From Sminthopsis crassicaudata (Eukaryota), in contig NC_133623.1 of assembly GCF_048593235.1 (NCBI RefSeq), positions 57,378,066 to 57,442,065 on the forward strand: DNA of 64,000 bases, written 5' to 3'. Below the pieces are notes generated by a model, which was given only the letters and a program-made list of their open reading frames with translations, searched no databases and was not told where the DNA came from. Position numbers and translations under genes: made by a program. Shown in pieces: positions 48,319 to 61,483 of the stretch. The first letter of the stretch is position 1, and the number at the start of each line of letters is the position of its first letter.

Positions 48319-48437
48319 GGCTTGAGAGGAAGATGGAAGGTGCTGGGCTTGAGAGGAAGATGGAAGGTGCTGGGCTTGAGAGGAAGATGGAAGATAATGG
48401 GCTTGAAAGGAAGATGGAAGGTGCTGGGCTTGAGAGG
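48319..48437. repeat. 27-bp minisatellite, about 4 copies (GGGCTTGAGAGGAAGATGGAAGGTGCT)
   Basis: Directly visible; gives SPAPSIFLS repeats in ORF 48272-48850. Confidence 0.9.
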
Positions 48438-49169
48438 GCCAAACTCCTCAAATTAGAACCGTTAAAGGCCAGGAGTGCCAATAGATAAATATCACAAAGA
48501 TCTGGCCGCCGTGCCATGGACCAATGGAGTGATCTCGGAGGATGATGGGGACAAAAGGATGGTTTGGAAGTGGCGGTGAAAAGCAGTGTTTCCTTCTCCC
48601 TTAGTTTAGTGTCACCTAGTGGGGACACGAGGGAAGTACTCATCGCTGGAGATGGTGGCCAAGGATGATTCAGAGGCAGGTTTCTCAGTGCCAGAAGATA
48701 GATGAGTTCTAGGAAGAAAGGGAGTTTCAGAGGCTCCATGGGACATGGTAGATCTGGGTGGGCAGAGAACAGAGCCTGGGGAACAAAAGATGAGCCCCCT
48801 TTAGGAATGAGGATTCGGAATGGGGAAAGGTGAGTTCCTCCCAAAGTCAAGCTTAGAGTTTGTCATAAGCAAGCTTTTCAGAATCCGAGCCCAGCTCTTC
48901 CTCTTGAAGCAGCTTGCGTCTGGGTGTCTATTTGCATCCCATTGCTTATTGTTTTGCTTTTGAATGTAAGCTTCATGTATCTGTCAGTTGGCTGGCATGT
49001 GTGTGGCGTCTCTCTCCCTGTGACCTGTTTGTCTGCAGAGGTTTCGGGGTGTCTGTGTCGGTTCCATTGCGCGTCTCTAGTTTTGATGTCTGTCAGAATC
49101 CCTGTGTCTTATGCTCTCTACAGGTCCTACCCCTGTGTACTTCTTGAGAGACAAGCCCTGAAGACTAAC

Positions 49170-49440
49170 TCCTAAGAGGGATGTGCACTGCGTGTTTCTT
49201 CACGGTTGTCCAGAGTAGAGGCTGCTCTCTCAGCCTCAGTTTCTCTTTCTGTTGTGCCCACTTTTGTGATCCTGTGGGCCATATAGCACGTCAGTACTGG
49301 CATGGGGTTTTCTTGGCAAAGATTCTGGAGTGGTGAAGGAGAACAGAGTTTAAGTAACTTGCCCATGACCGCATGGCCAGTAAGAGGTGTGAGGGCGAAT
49401 TTGAATTCCTGTTTTCGTGATTTCCGGCCCAGCACCCGTC
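49170..49440 (-). mobile_element. CORE-RTE SINE (Mar1-like)
   Basis: ggggttttcttggcaaagattctggagtgg RTE tail plus aagtaacttgcccatg...gaatttgaattc head. Confidence 0.6.
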
Positions 49441-50199
49441 CATTGGGACAACTTACTGCTTCTTTCCTTCAGTATCAAGGCCCAGTTCCAACCCTGCCCC
49501 TTGCGGGTGGGGGCTGTTCATAAGGACTTCTTCTGGCTGGGTAGTAAAAGTGCTTTGAAGGCTCAGAAGGGGGGGCGGGGAGATGAGGATTTCCAGTTTT
49601 GGGAAGCTGGGGGTCCCAGCCAGGAGGTGGGAGGTGGCTTCTGAGGGAGGGGGGTGTTTGAGGGTAAGCTGGGAGCAAGCTGGCAAGACAATGCACCAGG
49701 CTGGCTTTAGGGAGGCTCGAGCAGGGGAGGGCCAGGGAGGAGGGTCTCCTGCTGGGTCTGCTGTTCCCGGATGGAGCTTGGGGCTCCTGTGAGTTGAGGG
49801 GGTGAAGATGGGGGAGGGATGAATAGGTGTTGGTGGGGAGAGAGAGAAAGGCTTCAGGCTGAGCTTGGGGGATCCAGGACAATGACGTTTGGGGCGGGAG
49901 TTGGGGTGGGCCTGAGGCTGGGGGAGAGCTTGAGAGTAAAAGGAACTTGGGGGACAAAATCCTGGAAGCTCACACGTGGTCACGCTGAAAGGGAGGGGAG
50001 GGGTGCACGGTAGAGGGAGGAGGGGGCTAGAAAAGAGTCTCAGGGATAGCTTGGGGGGTTCGGTTAGCGGGGTGGAGTGAGAGGGGAGCAGGTGGGGGGG
50101 TGTGGAGAGGGGAGAGTTTAGGTCGCATGCAGCCGAGGGGGTCAGGATGGTGAGGGGAGAGAGGCTGGATGAAGGGTGTCAGGCCGGGCTGGGCTGCGG

Positions 50200-51050
50200 A
50201 GAGACAGAGTACAAGGAGGGGCCGGGGTCCCGGATCACGGTTGGCTGACGGAGTCGGTGGGGGAGGGGGAGCTGAGTAGAGGGGACTTGCTCCAGGGGTC
50301 ACATGTCAGACGGAGCAGGGCATGAGGGGGTCCCTGGCTAAGTGGGCGAGGGGGGACTCAGGGGGGTCCGGGGGCCCGTGGAGGGCGGGGGGTGAAGGAG
50401 CGGGCCGCCGCCGTGGCTCCCGGAGGGCGGAGGGGAGCGCGCGGAGCTGGGGGGCGGGGGGCCAGCGGCGCATCGGCTGTGGCTGCTGCGGCGGCGGCGC
50501 ATGCGGCCCAGGCCCGAGCCCGGCGGCGGCGGCGGCGGCGGCGGTCAGAGCACCCGGGGCCAGCCGGAGCTCGGGCAGCGGCTGCTGCGGCAGCTGCGGC
50601 GGCATCGGAGGAAGAGGAGGAGGAGGGGCGGCGGGAGCGCGGAGGCAGCGGCCCGGGCCGGGCGGGCGCAGGTGAGACCCGGGGCGGCGGGCCGGGCGGC
50701 CGGGCGGGGAGGGCTGGGGACCGGGCCGGGACCCAGCCTGCCTCCTTTCCCTGCGCTGGCCGAGGCCCCGCTCCGCCCGGACGGGCCGCACCTGAGGCAG
50801 GGAGGAGGGAGCAGGAGGAGCGAGGCGGAGGGCATCTTCCCACGGGCGCTCTCGATTCTCGGCTCTCTCCCGGCCCCCACCCCTGGTCTGGGGGCTGGGG
50901 CTGCCCGCCTCGGGAGTACGTGTGGGTGCGGGGCTGCTAACGGGCCCCGTTCCCATGGGGTCTCCGTCTCTGGAGGACCGTGGGACAGGACGGGGTCAGG
51001 ACGCCCTCCCGAGCCCCGGATCTGGCTCCCTCCCTTCTCATCCCGGGCTC
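50200..51050 (+). promoter_or_regulatory. SPTBN4: SPTBN4 CpG island, promoter and non-coding exon 1 (donor CAG|GTGAGA, exon ends 50671); (CGG)8 at 50521-50544; NRF1-like GCGCATGCG at 50497-50505
   Basis: Extreme CpG density, consensus donor, the only CpG island upstream of coding exon 2. Confidence 0.75.
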
Positions 51051-52025
51051 ATCACCTGTCATCCCAGTGTCTCAGAACTGCGGGGGTGGGGTGGGGTGGG
51101 GGGGTAGGACCGGAGGTTCTGGGCCTGCGGGAGGGCCGGTCTGGAGGGTAGAGACCAGAGCAGTCACTTCCCCGCATTCACACACCCAGCCCCAGCTCCC
51201 TCCAGCCCACTCCTGGCTCCCCGGAACCACGTGGTGCTTTAGGCATCCCCAGGATCCCCTAGTCCTTGTTCCGTCCCTGCCTCTCTATGGCCCCGCTAGG
51301 CCCCGAGAACATTTGCCATCTCCCAGGTCAGGCTTTTCCTCTCCCCACCCCTGCTCTTGATCCTCCCAGAAAAGAATACCTTGTCCCCCTCTCCTGTTCA
51401 CCCGAAGAGGGGAGTGTGGGGGAGCCAGGGACCCCCAGAAAGGATGGGTCATATACCCAGAGATCCCAGGATTAAGTCTCCCCCACTTCACCCCTGTAAC
51501 CCCCCAAGCTAACAAAGAACTTCTTCCTCTCCTGGGATATAGAATCTTGAGGGGGATTAGAAATTGGGTGATCTCTCTCATCTTTTAGCTGAAAAAACAG
51601 CCCTCTCCCCACATCTCAGGCCTAAACCTGCGCCTCTGACTTTAGGCTGTCTTCATTGCTTCCCCGGTCCTCCCTTCCCTAACTCAGGCTCTGAATGACC
51701 CTTTCCCTGAACCAAAGAATCATGGCATGTCATCCTGTCAGAGCTTAAAGACTCCTGACCAGAAAGCTTCTGTCCTTTTGATCACTTTCTGTTCTTTCCC
51801 AGCACTCTTAGCAAGAGCCCTCAAGTCACACCTTCAGTCTACATCCTCCATCCCCTCACTCCCTACTCACTTTCCAATCTGTAGTACCCTCAGCCCTTCT
51901 CCTGTTCCCAAACTATCCATCTCTTGCTAAATCCCAGGCCTCTTCCGCCTAGATCTTTGAGTAGCTTTTGATATGGGTGCCAGTATCTCTCTTCTGGGCT
52001 TTCTCTCCTCCTGTGGCTTGGGTGA

Positions 52026-52223
52026 NNNNNNNNNNNNNNNNNNNNNNNNNNNNNNNNNNNNNNNNNNNNNNNNNNNNNNNNNNNNNNNNNNNNNNNNNNN
52101 NNNNNNNNNNNNNNNNNNNNNNNNNNNNNNNNNNNNNNNNNNNNNNNNNNNNNNNNNNNNNNNNNNNNNNNNNNNNNNNNNNNNNNNNNNNNNNNNNNNN
52201 NNNNNNNNNNNNNNNNNNNNNNN
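52026..52223. other. Assembly gap (198 N), abutted by a partial SINE at 52224-52295
   Basis: N run. Confidence 1.
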
Positions 52224-52632
52224 CTGAGGTCATATTTGAACTCAGGTCCTCCTGACTTCAGGGCTGGTGTTCTATCCATTGTGCCATCCAGCTTGTTTTC
52301 TTTGCAGAGGTCATCATACATTTATTTTCCTATTCTTTAAGCATGCAACCTTGTCTATTGGCTAGCAGTGCCTACTTCTTCCTCACTTAATCCTCATGAT
52401 TTAGAGAATCATCAGCTGCACCTAGAAAACCACCTCTGCTCTCATCTCCATCTCCCTCAGTCTTAGACCTCCTCAGATCTGTACCCTCCCCTTCCACAGT
52501 AGCCCTGGAACCCTTCTGTGCTCAGTCAGGAACATACTAGTTGGTTAAGAAGTAACCTTCAGGGGCAGGTAGGTGGCACAGTGGATAGAGCACCAGCCTT
52601 GAATTCAGGAGGACCCGAGTTCAAATCTTGAC

Positions 52633-52760
52633 NNNNNNNNNNNNNNNNNNNNNNNNNNNNNNNNNNNNNNNNNNNNNNNNNNNNNNNNNNNNNNNNNNNN
52701 NNNNNNNNNNNNNNNNNNNNNNNNNNNNNNNNNNNNNNNNNNNNNNNNNNNNNNNNNNNN
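52633..52760. other. Assembly gap (128 N) interrupting a WSINE1-like SINE that starts at 52562
   Basis: N run after GGGGCAGGTAGGTGGCACAGTGGATAGAGCACC...GTTCAAATC. Confidence 1.
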
Positions 52761-53039
52761 CCTTCTCTATTGTGCACTTTTCCTTCTTCTGCTACTCAGG
52801 GAAAACTGAATCCCTAAGGAGAGATGGCCTCCTTGGGTATTCTGTCCGGTATTAGCCACCCTTCCTGTTATTTCCCTTCCCCTAAGTTAATATTTATTTA
52901 ATATTTTTATTTTCCCATTACATATAAGATAATTTTTTACATTTGTTTTTAAAACTGAGTTCCAGATTCTCTTCCTTCCTCCCCACCTTCACCCCATTTT
53001 AAAAAGGCACTTGTGAAGTTATGCAAACCCTCAAGGTCA

Positions 53040-53930
53040 TTTCTAGACCTTACCATCCCTCAGAATCCTTTCCTCTTTTGAGATCCACTCCTCCTGGATC
53101 AATCCCCCTATCCAGATCTAAGCAGGAGTTATCTGTCAGATAATTAACTACCTTGCTCACACTCTCCTTCAGAACTCCAGCATCGGCCTTTATGCTTGGA
53201 GACTTTACCATGTGTATCGATGTTCATTTATCAACTTCCTCAACATACACAGCTACCCACAAAGGTGATCACGCCTTGGTGATCTCATCGTCATCCATGA
53301 ATGTTCCACTCCCAAGACAAGAACTATGAAATCTGTCCCATTATCCCTTAGCCTTTCATTACTCACTGAGTCGTGTCCCTTCCAATTTTATTTTTTGCCC
53401 TTACAATCACCTCCAGTCCTTCCATCCCTTCTTCAAGGCCATCATCTCCCCTTGGCTTTTACTTTGCTCCTTGCCCAGTCTTGATCCAGAAGTTAACCCC
53501 ATCAGCCTTTGCCCTTTCTAAACCCTAACCACCTAAACCTATCCTCTGTGTTCTCCACTCTTACTGAAATTGTCCTATAAATGCTCTGACAGGGTCCACC
53601 ACAAATGGTTATTATCCAGTCTCCATTGGGTTCTTATGTCCACAAAGCAATCCAATCGAGTCTCTGCTATTGGACTCCTTACGTCAGTAACTTTTCCAAA
53701 TCTTTTTTCCCTTCCTAACCTTCCACGTTATTTCCTCCTTCGTCCTTACAAAGGGCCTCATCTCACACTTTACTGAGAAAATCAAGATTATTGAATGTCC
53801 TTTCCCTCTCCTCTCTTCTGACTTTCAAGATCCCTTCGCATCTTTGCCCGTTTCTTCTCCTCACTAAGGCGAATCCCTCCATTTGCTTCCTCTATCCCAT
53901 CCCTTCCTTTTTCCTCTAGCTACTCATATA
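53040..53930 (+). mobile_element. Ancient L2-like LINE fragment
   Basis: Pyrimidine-rich decayed sequence with a PTHxxGHxLDL-like remnant (acccacaaaggtgatcacgccttg). Confidence 0.5.
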
Positions 53931-54096
53931 AGAAGCATTTATTAAGTGCTTTATGTGTGCTAAGCAATGGGGATATGGCGAAAAGCAAAAACAATCCCTG
54001 CCTTCAAGGAGCCTCCATTCTAATGGGAGAAAACAGGATTGGACCTGATTTTTTAGTAACCCAGGGAATTCCTACATGATGAAACTCCTTTGTCTT

Positions 54097-54250
54097 TTTT
54101 TTTTTTTTTTTTTCCTTCTTTTTCTGAGGCTGGGGTTAAGTGACTTGCCCAGAGTCACACAGCTAGGAAGTGTTAAGTGTCTGAGATTTGAACTCGGGTC
54201 CTCCTGAATTCAAGGCTGGTGCTCTATCCACTGCACCACCTAGCTGCCCC
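54097..54250 (-). mobile_element. Young WSINE1-like SINE, 15-bp perfect TSD AAACTCCTTTGTCTT
   Basis: TSD at 54082-54096 and 54252-54266; long poly-T on + strand. Confidence 0.92.
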
Positions 54251-54294
54251 AAAACTCCTTTGTCTTAATATAACTTTTCAGTTTCTTACCTAAC

Positions 54295-54560
54295 CTTAGT
54301 CACTGAACAGGTGGTTACCTCAGTCAAATTGAGACTTGTTAAAGATTTTAGCTTAAAAAGGCCAAGCTCTCCACTGCCTCCAGGCCCATCTCCAGTCTTC
54401 CTGCTCTATATCTTGCTGCTGGATGCAGATGGCTCCAGAGGAGAAAGTGAGGCAGGTGGTCTTGCACAGCCCTCCCTCCCTCAAATCCGATTCACTTGCA
54501 TGTCATGACATCCCTTCCCTGATGCCATCTTCAAAAATAAAGGACAAACAACAACTTTTT
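54295..54560. mobile_element. Marsupial RTE-related SINE (WALLSI/Mar family, tentative)
   Basis: gagaaagtgaggcaggtg..cttgcacagccctccctc..tcaaatcc.attcacttgcatgtcatg..aaggacaaacaacaac. Confidence 0.55.
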
Positions 54561-56949
54561 CAGCAACTTAAGTATTCGAGAGTGGTTTAGATCCCAGCTT
54601 CTTAAATTGTGGCTCGTGACCCCGTATGGAGGATTCATGACTGAATGTGAGGGTCATGAAGTACTATTAATAAATGTTTGATTTGTAGACTTACTTTATA
54701 TACTTATATGCCCAGAGTCACATACAAATTCCACCTTTTTGTTGTTGTTGAGAAAGTTGGGGTTAAGTTATTTACCTAAAGTCACACAGCTTAGTAAGTG
54801 TTATGTCTGAGGCTGGATTTGAACTTAGGTCCTCCTGACTTCAGGGCTGGTACTCTATCAACTGTGCCTTCTAATTCCCCCTCACATAAAAAATTCCAGG
54901 GCAAAACGGGGTCAAGAGTAGGAAAAGCTAAGAAGTCCTGGTCCAGATCACTAAGTGTTTAAATGGCCAATGCAGGGTCACACAGGATGTGTCAGAGACA
55001 GGATTTGACACAGAGTCTTCCTGGTTTGAATTCAGCTTTCTCTCCATCACACCATGCTGCCTCCTACAAATATGTGCATATAAGGTACATACACAATAGA
55101 TGGAAGATGACTAAGGGGTGAAGACTCCCGTATAAAATAAGCCAAGTGGTTGAAATGGATAAAATGCTGGGTCTGGAATCAAGAAGTTTAGTTCAAATCT
55201 AGCCTTGGAAACTTACTAGCTGTGTGGTCCTGGGCAAGTCATTCAACCTTTGTCTGCCTCAGTTTCCTCAACTGGAAAATGGCGATGTTAATAGCCCCTA
55301 TTTCCTAGGATTTTCAGAAGGATCAAATGAGATAATATATGGAGAAATGCCTTGCACGATGCCTGGTACATATGTAAATGTTAGCTATTCTTATTCTTAT
55401 CAATATTATAATTGGAGCACTTTGCTATACAAATTTTAGTTATTATTTTCTTCCAATTCCTCCTAGCCTACCGGCTCCTTCCTTCCTTCTTGTCTATCTC
55501 ATCCCTAAAAAGTCTCAACCTGACTGAATCGTTCCCACATGCTTTATGGCTCTGCTCTTTCACAATGAAACCTAGAAAGAGTTGTTCAATATTGCCATCT
55601 TCTCACTTACTTTTCAACCTTTTGTTGTTTCACTTCCGACTTCTTGTTCCGCTTCCATCCTCGTCACTCAACCACACTTAATTGTTCAAGGCTAGCAAGG
55701 TTCTCTATTTTAAAGAAACTAGCTTTTGCTCTTATATCACCTAGATTCCCTACTTCATCTTTCTCTTCCCTGCTCCCTTCCAGAGAGATATCTCTTATAG
55801 TAAATAATTTTTTTTAAAAGAAAAGAAAAAAGTTCATCCAAAACAACCAACTTATCAAAAAAATCTATGCAGTATCTCTTAGTCATGGCCCCCCCACCTC
55901 TGGTAAATGGGAGGAAGTGTCTTTTTATGGGGCTTCTTTGAATCCAAGCTTGAGTCATTTTAATTCCAGGAATTCGTTTTGTATTTTCTTTTTAATGGTT
56001 CTTTCTCGCTTACATCATTACAGTTATTTTTTGGACTGCCTTTTGCCTCTTTTCATATTCCTGGCACATAGAAAGTACTTGACGAACTTGACAAACAATT
56101 GTACCTTATTTTCCTGGCTCTGCTTCCTCCCTTCTGCATCAGTTCATCTAAGTCTTCTCACCTTCAATATCTGCCCATATTCTGAATCGATTCCATTCCA
56201 TGTCATCAGACACTTTGTCACAGGTCCATGATGCGGACACTGAGCTCTCAGAGCCATTTCCATGCCATCTATATTCATCATTGTTTCCTGTTGCACAGTG
56301 ACAATGTGACATAGGTCAATTTGTTCAGCCATTCCCCAATCAACAGACATAAACTTTATTTCTGCTTCTTTGCAGACGAAGGGAGTCCTGCTATTGATAT
56401 TTTGATGTGTAAGGGAACTTCATTTTTGTCACTGACCTCCCATAGGTAAATGTCTAGCAGTGGAAGTTAAAAGGCATGGGCATTTTAGTCGCTTTTTTCA
56501 GTATTTGAAACTTTGATTTCCCTCTCCTCCTGGATGTAAACTTCTCTGTTCTTGGTTCTTTTTCTTGGTTCTCCTTGGTTCTATGTATCTGTTCCTTTTC
56601 AATCTCCTTTTTTTGCCCCACGTCTTCCAGTGGCAGATTTCCCTAAGATTCTTTGTCTCTCTTTTGATCTCTTTCTCTGCCTCTCCTTCTGTTTCTATCT
56701 CTGAGGGTTAAGTGACTTGGCCAGGATCACATAGCTAAATCAATTTCTGATGCTAGATTTGAACCCAGGTCTTTCTGACTCCAGAGGTGCTCTATTTACT
56801 TCACAACCCAGCTGCCTTGTCCCCCAAGATTCATTCTTGAGTTTTCTTCACTTTTCTATCTGCTCTTTTTGACCATCAGCTCCTGTGGGTTCATTGTTAG
56901 TCATTGTTAAGCCTGTGTTCAAATTTCTGCCCTGAACTCTGTTCTCATA

Positions 56950-57790
56950 CCGTCAAGGGGAACCCAGTGAACTCACTGGGTGAGGACAGCCAACCCCCTG
57001 GCAGTCAGACCCCAAGAGATCTTGACAGCTTAGAGCTTTGGCTTGGATCTAATAAGATCCAATTCAATTGTGATTAATGGAAAACTTGACATGGGTTCAA
57101 ATGCTCAGAAGGCGGCACACAGGATGTGGAGGGTGTGTGTAGGCAGTTCTGAAAAAGAGCCTGGGGTTTTAGTAGACTACAAGGTCATGTGAGTCAGCAG
57201 AGTGATGTGCCAGCCAGGAAAATGAAAGAGCTTTGGGGCTTCATGGAGAGGCCGAGCTTCTAGGAACAAGGAGGGGAGGATTACACTGTAGCTTGCCCCA
57301 GGCAGAGCACAGCTGGATGGTTGTGGGGTCCGTTGTTGGGCCACAGTTTAAGAGGGCAGCAAACAGCTGGAGTGCAGAGGGCTATAATGAGGATGATGGG
57401 AGCCATGGCATAGGAGGATCATTTGAAGGAACTAGGGATGTTTAGCCCCGAGAAGAGGAAAGCATGGTCTCTCTTCAAAGGTTAGAAAGACCGTCCCGTG
57501 GAATAAGGCTTATATTTGTTTTAACCTTAGAGGGCAAAACCGGATGGCAAGGGGAAGTGAGGGGAGTAGAGAATTGCAAAGAGGTCAAGTTAGGTTTGGT
57601 TTCAGGGAACCTTCTGGACAATGAGAGCTGGCCCCTAGTGCTGTGGGCTGCCTCGGGAGACAAACGGGTTCTTCTTCTCAATGGATTTCTTCAGGCAGAG
57701 GTTAGATGATCACTTGCAAAGGATCTTGTAGCAGGGATTTCTTGGGGGCCTGAGTTGGACTGGATTCCACCGAGAATAACATCCAGCTCT
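56950..57790 (+). mobile_element. L3/CR1 LINE 3' fragment
   Basis: gtgagtcagcag.gtgatgtg.cagcc...gggccacagtttaagaggg...ctggag.g...cagagg pattern of the CR1 RT end. Confidence 0.7.
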
Positions 57791-59934
57791 AAAATTCTGT
57801 GATTCTTTGACCTACCTATTGGCCATTTTCCGGTGGATGTTCCAGGGGCATTTTATCTGGATGTGTTCAAAGCAGAACTCTCTGTCCACCTCCCTCAAAA
57901 ACACTCCACTGTCTAATTTCTCTCTCTGACAAGGTATTGCCACCTGTCCAGCTACCCAGAATCACAAACTGGGTGTCATCCTCCATTTCCCCCTCTTCCT
58001 CATTTCCCAAGTCTGATTAGCCTTTAAGTCTCGCCCCATCTCCCAAATGGCTTCTACCCTCACGTGGCTCTTATTTGGCCACTACCCTCTCTCCCAGATT
58101 CTGTTGTAGAGACCGAGTTCAATCCTTCCTCAGACACTCACTAGCTATGTGATCCTGAGCAACTTATTTAAACTCTCTATCATCTGGAAAATAATAGAAT
58201 TTATTCCATGAGGTGGTTAGATATATAAGATGATAAATATACAGCACTTTGAGAATCTTAAAGTACTGTATAAACGTTAGCTAATATTATTTCCCTGCCT
58301 CCTGTTGATATTCTTTTGCTGTTCCTAAAGCAGAGGCCCTGTGATGTTATTCACCTGCTCAAGAAACTGCATTGGCTCCCTATCCCTGTTAGGATCAAAC
58401 ATAAACAACTCTCTTCCTGCCATTTAAAGCTCTTCCCATTTAGGGCTCCAGCCTCCCTCCTTCCCAGGCTTATTACATTACACATTTCTTTTCCCTTTCA
58501 CACGCTTCATTGCCACTGCCCTGACCTACTTGCTGTTCCCTGATTGCCACCTTCCATCTCCTCGTCTCCTTATTTTTTGCCTTTTCACAGGCTGACCATC
58601 CCCCGGTTCTGGAAAGCTCGTCATCCTCTCTGCTTTGTAGGATTATGTAGGAACATGGGGATCTTCCTGATCCTCCCCCTGGCCATGGTACCCTCCCCTT
58701 TAAATAGCGCTCTTTATTCACCTCATATTTTGTATTTATGTCTCTATATCTGTTATGTCCCCCCATCCCCAAAGAATGGAATCTTTGAAGGCAGGAATTA
58801 TTTTGGCTTTGTGTATTCAGTTCCTGGTTTATGGGGGGATAGAAAGTGGAATTGAGATTTCAATGAGAATCTAAATTATTAATTCAAGTCCGCACCTCCT
58901 CTGTAGTCTTATAGCGTTGCCCAGGTGAAAGTCTTGTTCAGGGTCACACAGCCGGCTTGTGTTAGAGAAAAGACCCAAGTCTTCCTCGCTGTGAGGGCCC
59001 ATGCTTCCCATCTAGCACATAACACTCGATAAATGATTGTCGGATGAATGATTGGGTCATCTAGGACTCCTCCCTGCATCCTCTTCCTGGTGAGCTCTGC
59101 TGCTCCCATGAGTTCATGGGTCACCTCCGCCAACACGATTTCTAGATCATCGTCTCCTGAATCCCGCTCTCTCTCCTAAGCTCTGGTCTCATACCTTTGT
59201 TTGCCTGTTGGGCAGCTTCTTTCAGACTTCCCACCAGCACTGCAGACTCAGTCTCCCAATAGGCTTCCTCTGTTTCCTCCCCTAAACCTAACTCTTCTCC
59301 CAATTCCCCATTGCTCTTCAGAGGAGTAACATCTTCCATCTCACTCACCCACACATAATCTCCAAATCACCGGTGACTTTACGCTCACTAACTCTCCTCA
59401 GATCTAATCAGTCACTAAGTGTTGTCCATTCCATGGCCCTAACATCTCTGGATCTTGCTTTCTCCTTCCTATTTGGACAGCCACCTCGGCAGTTCACACC
59501 CCCATCACCCCTTGCTTTGAGTCTTGCCCTAATTGGATGCCTTCTTACCTTTCCCTTTCTCCTGCTTTCCAACGCATCTGCCATGAAACTGTGAAAACAG
59601 TCCTTCTGAATTCAAGTTGGATCAAGACTATTCAGTAGCTCCCTATTGTCTCTTGGATAAAATAAAATTAAAAAATCCTCTGCATGGCATTCTCCTCAGG
59701 CTCCAGCTGACTTTTCTAGACTTGCATGTAATTCCCCTTTACATACTCTAGAGTACTTGGAGTTCAAGCTAGGAAAACTTGGGTTCAAATTCAGCCTCAG
59801 ACTCTTACTTGCTAATAACGACCCTAGGCTAATCATTTAACCCTGTTTTGCTTTAGTTTCTGCATCTGTAAAATGGGGATAATGATCATCTATCTCCCAG
59901 GATTGCAGTAAAGATCAAATGAGATTAATAATTG

Positions 59935-60345
59935 CTTTTTTTTTTGTTATAGCTTTTAATTGACAAAACATATGCATGGGTAGTTTTTCAGCATTGACCT
60001 TTGCAAAAACTTCTGTTCCAACTTTTCCCCTCCTTCCCCCCACCCCCTCCCTTAGATGGCAGGTAGTCCCATATATGTTAAATATGTTAGAGTAGATGTT
60101 AAGTACAATGTATGTATACATATTGATAGTTATCTTGCTGCTCAAGAAAGATGGGATCTAGAAAGAAGGTTAAAAACCTGAGAAGGAAAACAAGAATGCA
60201 AGTGGACGTAACAGAAAGAGTGAGAAGGCTATGTTGCGGGCCACACTCATTTCCCATAGTCCTCTCTCTGGGTGTAGCTGATTCTCTTCATCACTAAATA
60301 AGTGGAACTGGTTTGGATCATCTCTTTGTTGAAGTGAGCCCGTCC
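59935..60345 (-). mobile_element. L1 3'UTR fragment inserted into a MIR (MIR halves 59760-59934 and 60346-60420)
   Basis: TSD ATGAGATTAATAA(T/C)TG at 59919-59934 and 60346-60361. Confidence 0.85.
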
Positions 60346-60954
60346 ATGAGATTAATAACTGTAAGGGGCTTAGCACAGTACCTGGCACCTTCTAAGCACT
60401 ATATAGATAATAACTTTTATTATTTTTTTATACTACCATTACTTGCTATTACTTAGCTGACCTTGTCCTCCCAGCTGCCAGCTCCTTGCCTCCTCACTCT
60501 ACCGTTCTCACTTCCCCTTCTTAAGGCTTCCATCTTCTTTCAGGGTTCCACTCATGTGATACCTTCTTTTCTGACTATTGCTCTCTCCTTCCTCTTCAAA
60601 CTAGACTGTGACTAGAAACTCCTTGAGGACAAAGGCTGTTGTTAACTGTATCTCGGTTGCCCAATTGCCAGTGTCTTATAAGGCACTTCAGAAATATCCA
60701 TTGGCTAGGATGGGATGCAATGGGTACACCCCTGACGTTCCGGTCTTATCTGACGTGCTGGCTCTTCATGGGCTTTACTGTTCCTCAGACATGTTCTGTG
60801 CCCCCCAATCTGTTGCTTAGATTGTTCCCTGGATGCAAAGTCCTCCCTTCTGCCACAGGGGAGGAAAGCCCTGGCCAGCTTAGCAAGTTCTAGGCAGTTC
60901 CCTATCTCTAAAATCCAATGCTCAAGGTCTTTCAGCCCTAAGTTCCTTATTTGT

Positions 60955-61107
60955 TATTTTTTTTTTTCTTTTTTTCCTGAGGCTGGGGTTAAGTGACTTG
61001 CCCAGGGTCACACAGCTAGGAAATGTTACGTGTCTGAGACCAGATTTGAACTCCGGTCCTCCTGAATTCAAGGCTGGTGCTCTATCCACGCGCCCCCTAG
61101 CTGCCCC
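60955..61107 (-). mobile_element. Young WSINE1-like SINE, TSD TCCTTATTTGT
   Basis: TSD at 60944-60954 and 61108-61118. Confidence 0.9.
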
Positions 61108-61483
61108 TCCTTATTTGTAAAATAGAGGTTTTTTCCATCTCCACATCTGGGTGCTCATCATCTGTTTGCTCCTCAGTTTACTCCTCTATAAAATGGGAAG
61201 ACTGGACCAGATGGCCCCTATAACGCATATTATGTTTACCAAGCTCCCTGCTCAGAGCTCTGCATGTGGGGCCAGTGTCATGCTTTAGTGAATGGATGGG
61301 TGGATGGGAGCAGGGACATTACAGGTTGTCTAAGTGAAATGATTCTAGGGATGCTGGGGCCCGTGTCTGGAGTATGAGGAGGCTGGGTCCTGCTGGGGTA
61401 CTGGTACTGCTGAACCGGGATTGAGACTCTGCTGATGGATTTCCTTCTCCTTCTCTCCCTCCCAAAGGCCTGCGCGTTCCCCG

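Noticed and set aside
48272-48850. 192-aa minus-strand ORF
   Set aside because: Starts at TTG, includes the 27-bp minisatellite, no homology cue; treated as chance.
50543-50570. Possible REST/RE1 site (AGAGCACCCGGGGCAGC) in SPTBN4 exon 1
   Set aside because: Too many mismatches to TTCAGCACCnnGGACAG to call by eye.
50306-51151. Multiple overlapping 160-216 aa ORFs in the SPTBN4 CpG island
   Set aside because: Low-complexity GC-rich frames; only the ATG-initiated spliced uORF was kept as a finding.
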